Below, piece by piece: positions 9,269 to 18,840 of a stretch of DNA of 47,491 bases. The position numbers and the translations under genes are program-made. Every line of letters begins with the position of its first letter. Within the stretch, counting starts at the first letter, position 1. Source of the stretch: Alphaproteobacteria bacterium. GTDB taxonomy: Bacteria; Pseudomonadota; Alphaproteobacteria; SHVZ01. Under the pieces are notes generated by a model. That model ran no database searches and was not told the DNA's origin. It saw nothing but the letters and a program-made list of their open reading frames with translations. Where the stretch lies: positions 1 to 47,491 of the forward strand of contig CAXNIC010000002.1 of assembly GCA_964201945.1 (NCBI GenBank). The letters are read 5' to 3'.

Positions 9269-11158
9269 ATGCGTATTCTGCAGAGCCTTGCGCTGCTTGC
9301 GATCGCATGGGCGTTCGATGCCCCCGCCTATGCGCAAGGATCGATCTCCGATCTGCCGCGAAAGCAGACGCTGATCGTCGAGAATCCGGAAGGGACGGTC
9401 AAGAACGCCGGATGGTTCAACATCTGGGCGGTGAATGCGGGCGGTCAATCGACCGGCCTGCACCAGCTCGGCATGGACACGTTCTGGTACATCGACCCGA
9501 ACAGCGGCGTCGACGGCGTCTGGGACAATTCTCTGGCGTCTGAAAAGCCGATCTACAACGCCGACTTCACCGAGATGACGGTGAAGCTGCGGAAGGGGAT
9601 CTTCTGGAGCGACGGCGTCGAGTTCAGCGCCGCCGACGTCATGTACACCATCGAGACCCATATGAAGACGCCGGGCCTCCGCTGGAGCGCTGCGGTCCAG
9701 GTGAACGTCGCCGGCATCACCGCGCCGGATTCGAGCACCGTGGTCTTCAAGCTGAAGAAGCCCAACTCGCGCTTCCACGCGCTGTTCACCGTGCGCTGGA
9801 ACGCCATGTGGATGATGCCGAAGCACATCTTCGAGAAGGCCGGCGACCTGATCAAGTTCGCCTTCGATCCGCCGGTGACGCTCGGACCCTACGTCGTCCA
9901 TAGCTACGACCCGAACGGTAAGTGGTTCATCTGGCGCAAGCGCCCGGACTGGCAGCGGACCACCGTCGCCCGCTTCGGCGAGCCCGGCCCGACCTACGTC
10001 GCCTATATCGATCCCGGGCCGCCGGACAAGCGCGTGATCGCGCAGCTCAACCACGAGCTCGATATCATCCACGACACCTCGCCCGAGGGCATGTTCACGC
10101 TGGCGAAGCAGTCGAAGACCTCGCGCGGCTGGTTCAAGGGCTTCCCCTACGCCCATCCGGATCCGACGCTGCCGATGGTCATCTTCAACCATCAGAATCC
10201 GCTGTTTAAAAGTCGGGACATGCGCTGGGCACTGGCGCTGCTGATCGACATGAAGGCCGTTTCGATGGCGTCTTACCGAGGCGCGGCGACGATCTCGGCG
10301 ATCGGCGTACCGCCGACGGGACGCTATCCTGAGTATTATCACGAGCCGATGGAGGCCTGGCTCAAGGACTTCGAGATCGACACCGGCAAGCGCAAGATCA
10401 AGCCTTACGACCCGACGGTCGGCAAGCAGATCGCCGACATGCTGAGGCCGTCGATGGGTGATCAGATCCCGACCGATCCGAAGGAAGTCGCCAAGGCCTT
10501 CGGCCGCGGCTGGTGGAAACCTGACCAGCAGGCTGCGACCGAGCTTCTGGAGCGTGCTGGTTTCACCAAGCGCGGGAACGAGTGGTTCACGCCCGACGGC
10601 AAGCGCTTCACCATTCGCATCACGGTCGAGGGCGATCTCCGGCCGGTCATGACGCGGGCCGGCAGCATGATCGCCCAGCAGTGGCGGCAGTTCGGCATCG
10701 ACGCCACGACGGTCGTCGCGCAAGGAAGCCTGCTCGACCGTCGCAACTCCGGCGACTACGAGGTGATCATCAGCTGGGCGGTCGAAACCTGGGGCGGTCA
10801 TCCCGACCTCTCCTTCTTCCTCGACTCGTGGCATTCGCAGTTCATCGCCGAACCTGGAAAGCCGCAGCCACCGCGAAACTGGAGTCGGTGGTCGCACCCG
10901 GAGCTGGACAAGATCATCGAGCAGATCCGCAGCATCGGCTTCGACGATCCCAAGGGCATCGAGCTCGGCAAGGAATACATCAAGCTGGTGGCACGCGAGA
11001 TGCCGACCATCCCGCTGATGGCCTACAACGTCTTCACCGTCATGGATGAGACCTACTGGACCGGTTATCCGAACGCCGAGACCGCACCCTATACGGACCC
11101 GGTGCCGAACTGGGCCAATACCAAGTACATGATGGTCAAGCTGAAGCCGACAAACTGA
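9269..11158 (+). CDS. ABC transporter substrate-binding protein, family 5, enlarged (629 aa); probable oligosaccharide binder
   Basis: GGGAGGA lies 6 nt upstream of the ATG. Sec signal MRILQSLALLAIAWAFDAPAYA|Q. SBP_bac_5 core (FTEMTVKLRKGIFWSDGVEFSAADV; LGPYVV). First gene of an operon that ends with a GH51 arabinofuranosidase. Confidence 0.85.
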   Translation: MRILQSLALLAIAWAFDAPAYAQGSISDLPRKQTLIVENPEGTVKNAGWFNIWAVNAGGQSTGLHQLGMDTFWYIDPNSGVDGVWDNSLASEKPIYNADFTEMTVKLRKGIFWSDGVEFSAADVMYTIETHMKTPGLRWSAAVQVNVAGITAPDSSTVVFKLKKPNSRFHALFTVRWNAMWMMPKHIFEKAGDLIKFAFDPPVTLGPYVVHSYDPNGKWFIWRKRPDWQRTTVARFGEPGPTYVAYIDPGPPDKRVIAQLNHELDIIHDTSPEGMFTLAKQSKTSRGWFKGFPYAHPDPTLPMVIFNHQNPLFKSRDMRWALALLIDMKAVSMASYRGAATISAIGVPPTGRYPEYYHEPMEAWLKDFEIDTGKRKIKPYDPTVGKQIADMLRPSMGDQIPTDPKEVAKAFGRGWWKPDQQAATELLERAGFTKRGNEWFTPDGKRFTIRITVEGDLRPVMTRAGSMIAQQWRQFGIDATTVVAQGSLLDRRNSGDYEVIISWAVETWGGHPDLSFFLDSWHSQFIAEPGKPQPPRNWSRWSHPELDKIIEQIRSIGFDDPKGIELGKEYIKLVAREMPTIPLMAYNVFTVMDETYWTGYPNAETAPYTDPVPNWANTKYMMVKLKPTN

Positions 11159-11175
11159 TCCGGGCACAAAGGGGT

Positions 11176-11207
11176 CGAGGGCCGGCTGGACATCGAGCCG
11201 GCCCTCG
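11176..11207 (+). terminator. Intra-operon stem-loop after the SBP gene (partial terminator / mRNA stabiliser)
   Basis: Perfect 12-bp stem CGAGGGCCGGCT / AGCCGGCCCTCG with an 8-nt loop, in the 65-nt gap between the SBP stop (11158) and the permease ATG (11224). No T-tract. Confidence 0.45.
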
Positions 11208-11223
11208 CTTCGGCTAGAATCTT

Positions 11224-12228
11224 ATGCACGGTTATCCCGCCTATCTGATCGGACGGCTCGGCCAGTTCCTGCTGGTCGTCTTCATCGGCATCAATATCGC
11301 CTTCATCGTCACGCACGCCACGCCGATCGACCCGGTCGAGCAGACGATCTCTGCGGCGACCCAGTACGGCGCCACCAGCCCCGAAGCGATCGCGATGATG
11401 CGACAGTCGCTCAAGGAGCTGTACGGCCTCGAAGGCACTTTGCTGGAGCAGTACGCAACCTTTTGGCGCCGGATCGCGGTTGCCGATTTCGGGCCGTCGC
11501 TCTCCGCGTTCCCGACGCCGGTCTCGGTTCTGATCTGGCGGGCGCTGCCCTGGACGGTCGGGTTGCTGACCGTCTCGACGATCATCACCTGGTGTGTCGG
11601 TAATCTGCTGGGTGGGCTCGCCGGCTACTACCTCAGGAGCCGAACGCTGCGCTTCGCCGGCATTCTGGCGATGGCGCTGCATCCGATCCCCTATTACATC
11701 GTCGCCTTCGTTCTCCTGATCGTCTTCGGCTATCTCTGGCCGATCTTGCCGCTCTCGGGCGGCTCCCGGATGAACCTGCCGCACGAATTCTCGCTCGCCT
11801 TCATCGGCAGCCTCGCGCTGCATTCCATCCTGCCGATCCTGTCTCTGGTGCTGGGTGGACTCGGAGGCTGGTTCATGGGCATGCGCTCCCTGGTATCCAA
11901 CGTCGTCACCGAGGATTACGTGGTCTATGCCGAGCTCGGCGGCGTCAGTCCTAGGCGTATCCTCGGTTCCTACGTCATGCGGAACTCGTTGGTGCCGCAG
12001 GTCACCGGGCTTGCCATGTCGCTGGGGGCGATCTTCACCGGCGCCATCATCACCGAGCAGGTTTTCGGCTATCCGGGGATCGGCACGCTTCTGGTCGCGG
12101 CCGTTCATGTCGGCGACTACAGCCTGGTTCTCGGCATCACCACGGTGTCGATCCTCGCCGTCTCGCTGGCGGTGCTGCTCATCGACCTGATCTATCCGCT
12201 GCTCGATCCGCGCGTGAAGGTCAGCTAG
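11224..12228 (+). CDS. ABC transporter permease (DppB/OppB-like)
   Basis: Multi-TM ORF with EAA-like loop (EDYVVYAELGGVSPRRILGSYVMRNSLVP) and C-terminal LDPRVKV. Confidence 0.85.
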   Translation: MHGYPAYLIGRLGQFLLVVFIGINIAFIVTHATPIDPVEQTISAATQYGATSPEAIAMMRQSLKELYGLEGTLLEQYATFWRRIAVADFGPSLSAFPTPVSVLIWRALPWTVGLLTVSTIITWCVGNLLGGLAGYYLRSRTLRFAGILAMALHPIPYYIVAFVLLIVFGYLWPILPLSGGSRMNLPHEFSLAFIGSLALHSILPILSLVLGGLGGWFMGMRSLVSNVVTEDYVVYAELGGVSPRRILGSYVMRNSLVPQVTGLAMSLGAIFTGAIITEQVFGYPGIGTLLVAAVHVGDYSLVLGITTVSILAVSLAVLLIDLIYPLLDPRVKVS

Positions 12229-12231
12229 GCA

Positions 12232-13089
12232 ATGGCTCGGGTCCTCTTCGATCTGCTTCGTTTCAACCGCGAATTCACCGCCGGCATCATTCTGCTGGGT
12301 TTCGTGGTGATCTTCGCGGGTCTGTCCTTCGTCTCTCCCTATCCGCCGAACGACTCCTATGTCGTGCCGTTCGACCTCCCGCCGTCCTGGACCCATCTCC
12401 TCGGCACCACCTCGCGCGGCCAGGATCTGTTCTGGCTCCTGACCTTCGCCATTCGCAACACGCTCCTCTTCGGCCTCACGGTCGCGGTGATCAGCCGGAT
12501 CCTGTCGCTCACCATCGGCCTCATCGCCGGCTACGCAGGCGGGATCGTCGATCGCATCCTGATGTCGATCAACGACACCTTCATCGTGCTGCCGCTGTTT
12601 CCGATCCTGGTGCTGTTCTACTTCGTCATGCGCGACAGCATGTCTTGGGTGCTTCTGGCACTGGTCATGGCCTGCCTCGGTTGGGCCTATGATGCGCGTC
12701 TGATCCGCTCGGTGTCGATGAGCCTGCGTACCCGTGAATTCACCGAGACCAGCATCTTTTCGGGCATGCCGATGCGCCAGATCCTGGTCCAGGAGCATCT
12801 GCCCTTCGTCATGCCGATCGTCTTCTCGACGACCATGAACAACATCAACTGGTCGATCGGGCTCGAGGTGACGCTGTCGGTCCTGGGCTTCACCGACATC
12901 AACACGCCGACAGTCGGTGTGCTGATCTACTGGGCGAACCAGCACACGGCGCTGGTCGCCGGCGTCTGGTGGTGGATCTTCTTCCCGGTCGCCCTGGTGA
13001 TCATCACCTTCATCGGGCTGTTCCTGCTGGCGGTGTCAATGAACGAGTTCATCGATCCGCGCAGCCGGCTCAGCCGGATCGGGAACTGA
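12232..13089 (+). CDS. ABC transporter permease (DppC/OppC-like)
   Basis: Starts 3 nt after the upstream stop. OppC-type N-region HLLGTTSRGQDLFWLLTFAIRNTL. Multi-TM. Confidence 0.85.
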   Translation: MARVLFDLLRFNREFTAGIILLGFVVIFAGLSFVSPYPPNDSYVVPFDLPPSWTHLLGTTSRGQDLFWLLTFAIRNTLLFGLTVAVISRILSLTIGLIAGYAGGIVDRILMSINDTFIVLPLFPILVLFYFVMRDSMSWVLLALVMACLGWAYDARLIRSVSMSLRTREFTETSIFSGMPMRQILVQEHLPFVMPIVFSTTMNNINWSIGLEVTLSVLGFTDINTPTVGVLIYWANQHTALVAGVWWWIFFPVALVIITFIGLFLLAVSMNEFIDPRSRLSRIGN

Positions 13090-13097
13090 CTAAAGCG

Positions 13098-14099
13098 ATG
13101 GCCACCGCCGCTCCCGTTCTCGCCGTCTCCGGCCTTCGCGCCTACTATCAGACCTCGTCGTTCGGGGTCGAGCGGGAGGTGAGGGCGGTCGACGACGTCA
13201 GCTTCGAGGTCGGCGCCAACGAGATCTACGGCCTTGCCGGCGAATCCAGCTGCGGCAAGACCACCCTGATCAAGACCATCGCCGCCGCCATTCGCCCGCC
13301 GCTTCGGGTCTTGGCCGGGTCGGTGGTGTTCAATTTCGGCGGCAAGACGGTCGACGTCTACGATGCCGACCAGGCGGAGATCGACGGGCTCCGCTGGCGG
13401 CATCTCTCCTACATCATGCAGGGATCGATGAACGTCCTGAACCCGGTTCGCCGGGTCAGGGCCTCCTTCGTCGACTTCGCCTTCCGCCATATCGACAAGC
13501 CGATGCCGGCATTCACCGACATCGTCGAGACGCATCTGAAGCGCTTGCACCTCGACCCCGGCGTCCTCGATGCCTACCCCCATCAGCTTTCCGGTGGCAT
13601 GCGCCAGCGCGTCGCCATCGCGCTCGCCACCGTCTGCCGGCCCGAATTCATCATCGCCGACGAGCCGACGGCCGCGCTGGACGTGATCGTCCAGAACGGC
13701 GTGCTGGCGATGATCCGCGAGGTCCAGCGTGAGATCGGGTCCTCGCTGATCTTCGTCACCCACGACTTGGCCGTGCATGCCAATCTCTGCGACCGCCTCG
13801 GCGTCATGTATGCCGGCCGGCTGGTGGAGGAGGGACGCACCGCTGAGATCTTCAGCCGGCCGCTGCATCCCTACACCGTTCACCTCATCGGCAGTCTGCC
13901 CCGGATCGGGGAGGTGGAGCCAAAGAAGGGCCTTGAGGGCACGCCGCCGAGTCTCGCCGACCCGCCGCCTGGCTGCCGCTTCCACCCGCGCTGCCCGCTG
14001 GCGATGGAGGTCTGCCGGACGCATGTGCCGCCGATGGCGACGCTCGAGTCGGGTCGTCGGGTCGCCTGCTTCGCCGCGGTGCCGGAGAGCCAGCCGTGA
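13098..14099 (+). CDS. ABC transporter ATP-binding protein
   Basis: ORF 12969..14099 trimmed to ATG 13098. Motifs: Walker A GESSCGKTT, LSGGMRQRVAIALA, IIADEPTAALD, HPYTVHLI...PPGCRFHPRCP. Confidence 0.9.
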   Translation: MATAAPVLAVSGLRAYYQTSSFGVEREVRAVDDVSFEVGANEIYGLAGESSCGKTTLIKTIAAAIRPPLRVLAGSVVFNFGGKTVDVYDADQAEIDGLRWRHLSYIMQGSMNVLNPVRRVRASFVDFAFRHIDKPMPAFTDIVETHLKRLHLDPGVLDAYPHQLSGGMRQRVAIALATVCRPEFIIADEPTAALDVIVQNGVLAMIREVQREIGSSLIFVTHDLAVHANLCDRLGVMYAGRLVEEGRTAEIFSRPLHPYTVHLIGSLPRIGEVEPKKGLEGTPPSLADPPPGCRFHPRCPLAMEVCRTHVPPMATLESGRRVACFAAVPESQP

Positions 14100-14944
14100 G
14101 CCCGCCGTTGATCGAGATCGACAAGGTCGGCCGCACCTACACCATGGGAAGCCTGTTCTCCCGCCAGCGGGTACGGGCCGTCGATGGCGTCAGCTTCGCC
14201 ATGGAGGCCGACCGGCCGGAGATCTTCACCATCATCGGCGAGTCCGGCAGCGGCAAGACCACCCTGGCCCGCATGATCCTGAACATGGTGCCGACGACCG
14301 AAGGAAGCATCCGTTTCCGCGGCGCCGACCTCAAAGGCATCCGCAACGGGCACGACCGGCTGGCGTTCATGCGGCTGGTCCAGCCGATCTTCCAGAACCC
14401 CTTCGAGGCGTTCAACCCGATGAAGCGGGTGGATCGCTACCTGTTCATGACCGCCAAGCGGATCGCAGGCCTTGGCACTACGGCCGAGATCGAGGCGCGG
14501 TCGGATCAGGCGCTCAGGAATGTCGGTCTGTCGCTGGCCGAGATCCGAGGACGCTTCCCGCACGAACTTTCGGGCGGTCAGCTCCAGCGCGTCGCCATCG
14601 CCCGCGCCCTGATCCCGTCGCCGGCCCTGATCGTCGCCGATGAGCCGGTGTCGATGATCGACGCCTCGCTCCGCATCTCGATCGTCAACCTGCTCAGAAG
14701 CCTGCGCGACGACATGGGGATGTCGATCATCTACATCACCCACGACCTCGCCACCGCCTACTACATCAGCGACCGCATCATCATCATGCGGAAGGGGCAG
14801 GTGGTGGAGAGCGGCGACGCGCGCACGGTCCTGGACAACCCGCAGCATCCCTACTCGATCGCGCTGAAGACGGCGGTTCTCTCGCCCGATGCGGCAACCG
14901 GCGGCACCTCGCCGCTCACGACGGAGGCAGTCACTCATGCGTAA
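14096..14944 (+). CDS. ABC transporter ATP-binding protein
   Basis: GTG 14096 overlaps the stop (GTGA). Motifs: [42 protein letters not shown]. Confidence 0.9.
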   Translation: MSPPLIEIDKVGRTYTMGSLFSRQRVRAVDGVSFAMEADRPEIFTIIGESGSGKTTLARMILNMVPTTEGSIRFRGADLKGIRNGHDRLAFMRLVQPIFQNPFEAFNPMKRVDRYLFMTAKRIAGLGTTAEIEARSDQALRNVGLSLAEIRGRFPHELSGGQLQRVAIARALIPSPALIVADEPVSMIDASLRISIVNLLRSLRDDMGMSIIYITHDLATAYYISDRIIIMRKGQVVESGDARTVLDNPQHPYSIALKTAVLSPDAATGGTSPLTTEAVTHA

Positions 14945-16484
14945 AGTCGATGTTCGCCTGCACCGCGGCGTCGAGATCGGCGTCACCGATCAGCGTTTGT
15001 TCGGCGCCTTCGTCGAGCACCTCGGCCGCTGCGTCTATGGCGGCATGTTCGAGCCGGGCCACCCGACCGCCGACAAGAAGGGCTTCAGGCAAGACGTTCT
15101 GGCGCTGGTGCGCGAGCTGGCGCCGACGATCATGCGCTATCCTGGCGGCAACTTCGTCTCCGGCTACAACTGGGAGGATGGAGTCGGACCGGTGGAGACG
15201 CGGCCGCGGCGCCTCGACCTCGCCTGGATGTCGACCGAGACCAACCACTTCGGCACCAACGAGTTCGTCGACTGGTGCAAGGCCGCCAACATCGAGCCGA
15301 TGCTGGCGGTGAACCTCGGCACCCGGGGCGCTGATGCCGCCCGCAACCTGGTCGAGTACTGCAACCATCCCGGTGGCACCGCGCTCTCCGACCTCCGGAA
15401 GGCGCATGGCTGGGCCGAGCCGCACGACATCAAGTTCTGGTGCCTCGGCAACGAGATGGACGGCCCCTGGCAGATGGAGGCGAAGACCGCCACCGAATAC
15501 GGCCGGGTCGCGACCGAGGCCGCCAAGATGATGCGCTGGATCGACGGCTCGATCGAGCTCGCTGCCTGCGGCTCGTCCGGGCGCAAGATGGCGACTTTCG
15601 GGGCCTGGGAAGACACGGTGCTGGAGCACACCTTCGACCAGGTCGAGTTCATCTCGCTGCACACCTACCTCAACAACTATGCCGGCGACACGGCCGCCTT
15701 CCTCGCCAGCCCCGACCTGATGGACAGCTTCATCGACGAAGTTGTCGCCATCGCGGACGCCGTCGCCGCCCGCCGGCGCTCGAACAAGCGCATCATGCTC
15801 AGCTTCGACGAATGGAACGTCTGGTACCGGACGCGCCGGAACCGCGGCGAGCGTGTCAAATCCGGCTGGCCGGTGGCGCCCGAGATCCTGGAGGAGGTCT
15901 ACAATGTCGAGGACGCGCTGGCCTTCGGCGGCGCCTGCATCTCGCTCCTCAACCATGCCGACCGGGTGAAGGCCGGGTGTCTCGCCCAGCTGGTCAACGC
16001 CATCGCCCCGATCATGACCGAGACCGGCGGGCCGGCGTGGCGGCAGACGATCTTCTTCCCCTTCGCACATTTCAGCAATTTCGGCCGTGGCCGGGTGCTG
16101 CGGGCGCAGGTCGACTCGCCTACCTACGCCGCCAACTACTTCGACCCGAGCGGCGCCCAGGACCTCTACTTCCCGATCCCGGCGGCTCCCTATCTCAAGG
16201 TCTCCGCGGTGCATGACGACGGCGGCGGCCATCTGACCGTCTTCGCCCTCAACCGCCACCTGAGCGAGGAGATGCCGCTTCGGATCGAGGCGAACGGCTT
16301 CTCGGGCCTCAAGGTCGAGCAGGCGATCCAGCTCGGGGATGGCGACCTCAAGGCGGTCAACACCAAGGCCAATCCGGACCGGGTCAAGCCCTCGGCCCTT
16401 GCAGGCGTCAAGGTGGAGGGGAGCACGGTGCAGGCGACGCTGCTGCCGGCATCCTGGAATGTCATCCGCCTGAAAGTCACCTGA
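14937..16484 (+). CDS. abfA: Alpha-L-arabinofuranosidase, glycoside hydrolase family 51
   Basis: ORF 14889..16484 trimmed to ATG 14937 (8-nt overlap with the upstream gene). Motifs: YPGGNFVSGYNWEDGVGP, acid/base region WCLGNEMDG, nucleophile region LSFDEWNVW, C-terminal beta-sandwich-like tail. Confidence 0.9.
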   Translation: MRKVDVRLHRGVEIGVTDQRLFGAFVEHLGRCVYGGMFEPGHPTADKKGFRQDVLALVRELAPTIMRYPGGNFVSGYNWEDGVGPVETRPRRLDLAWMSTETNHFGTNEFVDWCKAANIEPMLAVNLGTRGADAARNLVEYCNHPGGTALSDLRKAHGWAEPHDIKFWCLGNEMDGPWQMEAKTATEYGRVATEAAKMMRWIDGSIELAACGSSGRKMATFGAWEDTVLEHTFDQVEFISLHTYLNNYAGDTAAFLASPDLMDSFIDEVVAIADAVAARRRSNKRIMLSFDEWNVWYRTRRNRGERVKSGWPVAPEILEEVYNVEDALAFGGACISLLNHADRVKAGCLAQLVNAIAPIMTETGGPAWRQTIFFPFAHFSNFGRGRVLRAQVDSPTYAANYFDPSGAQDLYFPIPAAPYLKVSAVHDDGGGHLTVFALNRHLSEEMPLRIEANGFSGLKVEQAIQLGDGDLKAVNTKANPDRVKPSALAGVKVEGSTVQATLLPASWNVIRLKVT

Positions 16485-16494
16485 TCGCGCTAGG

Positions 16495-17325
16495 ATGACC
16501 CCATTCTCTTTGGGGTGGGGTTCGATGGTCTTCGATTTCCTTGGCGCGCGCCGGAAGGCAGTCATCGGCATGGTGCATATCGGCGCCTTGCCGGGGACGC
16601 CGCTCTATGACGCGGCCGGTGGCATGGCCAGGCTGATCGAGGAGGCCGGTCGCGACATCGAGAAGCTGCAGGCCGGCGGCATCCACGCGGTCATGTTTGG
16701 GAATGAGAACGACCGGCCCTATAAGCTGAAGGCGCCGGAGGAGGGGATTGCGGCCATGACCGCCGTGGTCATGGCGCTGAAGCCGATGCTGAAGGTGCCG
16801 TTCGGCGTGAACTATCTCTGGGACCCGGTTGCCAGCGTCGCCATCGGCTGCGCCACCGGCGCCGCCTTCGTGCGTGAGATCTTCACCGGGCTCTTCGCCT
16901 CCGACATGGGGATGTGGGAACCGGATTGCGCCGGGGCGCTTCGCCTGAGGAAAAACCTCGGCCGGCCGGACCTGAAGCTGCTGTTCAACATCAACGCCGA
17001 GTTCGCCTCGTCTCTCGACACCAGGCCGATCGAGCTTCGCGCCAAAAGCGCCGTGTTCTCCTCGCTGGCCGACGCCATCCTGGTCTCCGGCCCGCTCACC
17101 GGCCAGCCGGTGAACGGCTCCGATCTCCGCAAGGTGAAGGAAGCCGTCACCACCGTTCCGGTCTTCGCCAATACCGGCGTCAACCTGGAGAATGTGCGCG
17201 ATATCCTCGGTGTCGCCGATGGTTGCATCGTCGGCACGCATTTCAAGGTCGACGGCAACACCTGGAACACCGTCGACGGCGACCGGGTGAGACGCTTCAT
17301 GGACCTGGTCGAGACGCTCCGGTAG
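16495..17325 (+). CDS. BtpA/SgcQ-family TIM-barrel protein (function unknown)
   Basis: Family-typical N-terminus AVIGMVHIGALPGTP, plus FGNENDRPY and VNYLWD. An alternative start is ATG 16525, behind GGGGTGGGG. Confidence 0.75.
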   Translation: MTPFSLGWGSMVFDFLGARRKAVIGMVHIGALPGTPLYDAAGGMARLIEEAGRDIEKLQAGGIHAVMFGNENDRPYKLKAPEEGIAAMTAVVMALKPMLKVPFGVNYLWDPVASVAIGCATGAAFVREIFTGLFASDMGMWEPDCAGALRLRKNLGRPDLKLLFNINAEFASSLDTRPIELRAKSAVFSSLADAILVSGPLTGQPVNGSDLRKVKEAVTTVPVFANTGVNLENVRDILGVADGCIVGTHFKVDGNTWNTVDGDRVRRFMDLVETLR

Positions 17326-17332
17326 CCACCCC

Positions 17333-18838
17333 ATGGCCTGCGTCATCGGTCTCGACATCGGTACCACCTCGACCATCGGCATCCTGCTTCGCCTGCCCGA
17401 CAGGGTGCTCGCGGTTGCCTCCCGCCCGGCGACGCTGATCTCGCGCCATGCGGGCTGGGCCGAGGAGGATCCCGAGGAATGGTGGCGGAACGTCTGCGAC
17501 ATCGCCCCGGAGCTTCTCGCCACGACCGGAGTCGCGCCGTCCGAACTCGCCGGCGTCGGCGTCACCGGCATGTTGCCGGCGATCGTGCTGCTGGACGCGG
17601 AGGGCTGCCTTCTGCGTCCCAGCATCCAGCAGAGCGATGCCCGCTGCGTCGCAGAGGTCGAGGAGCTGCGGGCCGAGGTTGACGAGGCCGAGTTTCTTCG
17701 GCGTACCGGCAATGGCGTCAACCAGCAGATCGTGGCCTCGCGGTTGCGTTGGGTCGAGCGTCATGAGCCCGAGGTGTTCCGGCGCATCGCCACCGTGTTC
17801 GGCTCCTATGACTATGTGAATTGGCGCCTGACCGGACGGAAGGCAATCGAGCAGAACTGGGCGCTGGAAGCGGGCTTCGTCGACCTCGCCGACCATGCTC
17901 TCGCCGACGACCTGATCGCGCTCGCCCATGTTCCCCGCTCAGCGATCCCGCCGAAGTCGGTCTCGCACGAGATCCTCGGGCACGTGACCGCGGCGGCGGC
18001 CGCCGCGACCGGGTTACCGGCTGGATTGCCGGTGGTGGGAGGGGCGGCGGATCACATCGCCTCGGCGCTCGCCGCCGGCCTGCTGGCGCCGGGCGACGTG
18101 CTGCTGAAGTTCGGCGGTTCCGGCGACATCATCGTCGCCGCGCCCAAGCCGGCGCCCGACCCGAGGCTCTATCTCGACTATCACCTGGTGCCGGGGCTGT
18201 TCGCGCCGAATGGCTGCATGGCCTCGGCCGGGTCGACCCTCAACTGGTTCGCGCGCTCGATCGCCTCAGGCCTCGCCGAACCGGCCAAGGCGCAAGGGCT
18301 CTCGGTCCACGCCTATCTCGACAAGCTGGCTGCCGAGATCCCGCCGGGCAGCGATGGCGTCCAAGCCTTGCCATACTTCCTCGGCGAGAAGACGCCGCTC
18401 CACGATCCCCTGGCGCGCGGCACCTTTACCGGCCTCAGCCTCAATCACGGCCTCGCCCATATGTGGCGGGCGCTTCTCGAAGGCATCGCCTATGCCTTCC
18501 GCCATCATCTCGACGTGCTGACCGAGCTCAAGTATCCGGCATCCCGCTTTCTCGCCTCCGACGGTGGAGCGCAAAGCCTGGTGTGGATGCAGATCGTCAG
18601 CGATGTCTTGCAGAAGCCGGTGCAACTCCTGGTGAACCATCACGGCTCCTGCCTGGGCGCCGCCTGGGTCGCGGCGATCGGAACCGGGCAGGCGGTCGCG
18701 TGGAGCGATATCGCGAAGGTCGTCGGCCAGGGCGAGCGGATCGTGCCGGACCCTGCCAAGGCAGCCGCCTACGACGCCGGCTATGCGGCATTCAGCGACC
18801 TCTATCGGTCGCTGAAGCCGCATTTCCACCGGCGCTGA
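17333..18838 (+). CDS. FGGY-family carbohydrate kinase (xylulokinase/ribulokinase-like; substrate not assignable)
   Basis: N-domain VIGLDIGTTSTIG...EEDPEEWW. C-domain GGAADHIASALAAG and SDGGAQSLVWMQIVSDVL. Confidence 0.85.
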   Translation: MACVIGLDIGTTSTIGILLRLPDRVLAVASRPATLISRHAGWAEEDPEEWWRNVCDIAPELLATTGVAPSELAGVGVTGMLPAIVLLDAEGCLLRPSIQQSDARCVAEVEELRAEVDEAEFLRRTGNGVNQQIVASRLRWVERHEPEVFRRIATVFGSYDYVNWRLTGRKAIEQNWALEAGFVDLADHALADDLIALAHVPRSAIPPKSVSHEILGHVTAAAAAATGLPAGLPVVGGAADHIASALAAGLLAPGDVLLKFGGSGDIIVAAPKPAPDPRLYLDYHLVPGLFAPNGCMASAGSTLNWFARSIASGLAEPAKAQGLSVHAYLDKLAAEIPPGSDGVQALPYFLGEKTPLHDPLARGTFTGLSLNHGLAHMWRALLEGIAYAFRHHLDVLTELKYPASRFLASDGGAQSLVWMQIVSDVLQKPVQLLVNHHGSCLGAAWVAAIGTGQAVAWSDIAKVVGQGERIVPDPAKAAAYDAGYAAFSDLYRSLKPHFHRR

Positions 18839-18840
18839 CG

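Noticed and set aside
9176-11167. 663-aa ORF on the minus strand covering the whole 629-aa SBP gene. Similar very long antisense ORFs occur at 11089..12945, 14931..16571, 6615..8141, 32543..34720, 37442..38851 and 43431..44909.
   Set aside because: These are typical shadow ORFs of high-GC DNA. Their products are dominated by R/G/D/H/P/A, show no recognisable motifs, and lie exactly opposite ORFs with strong family signatures.
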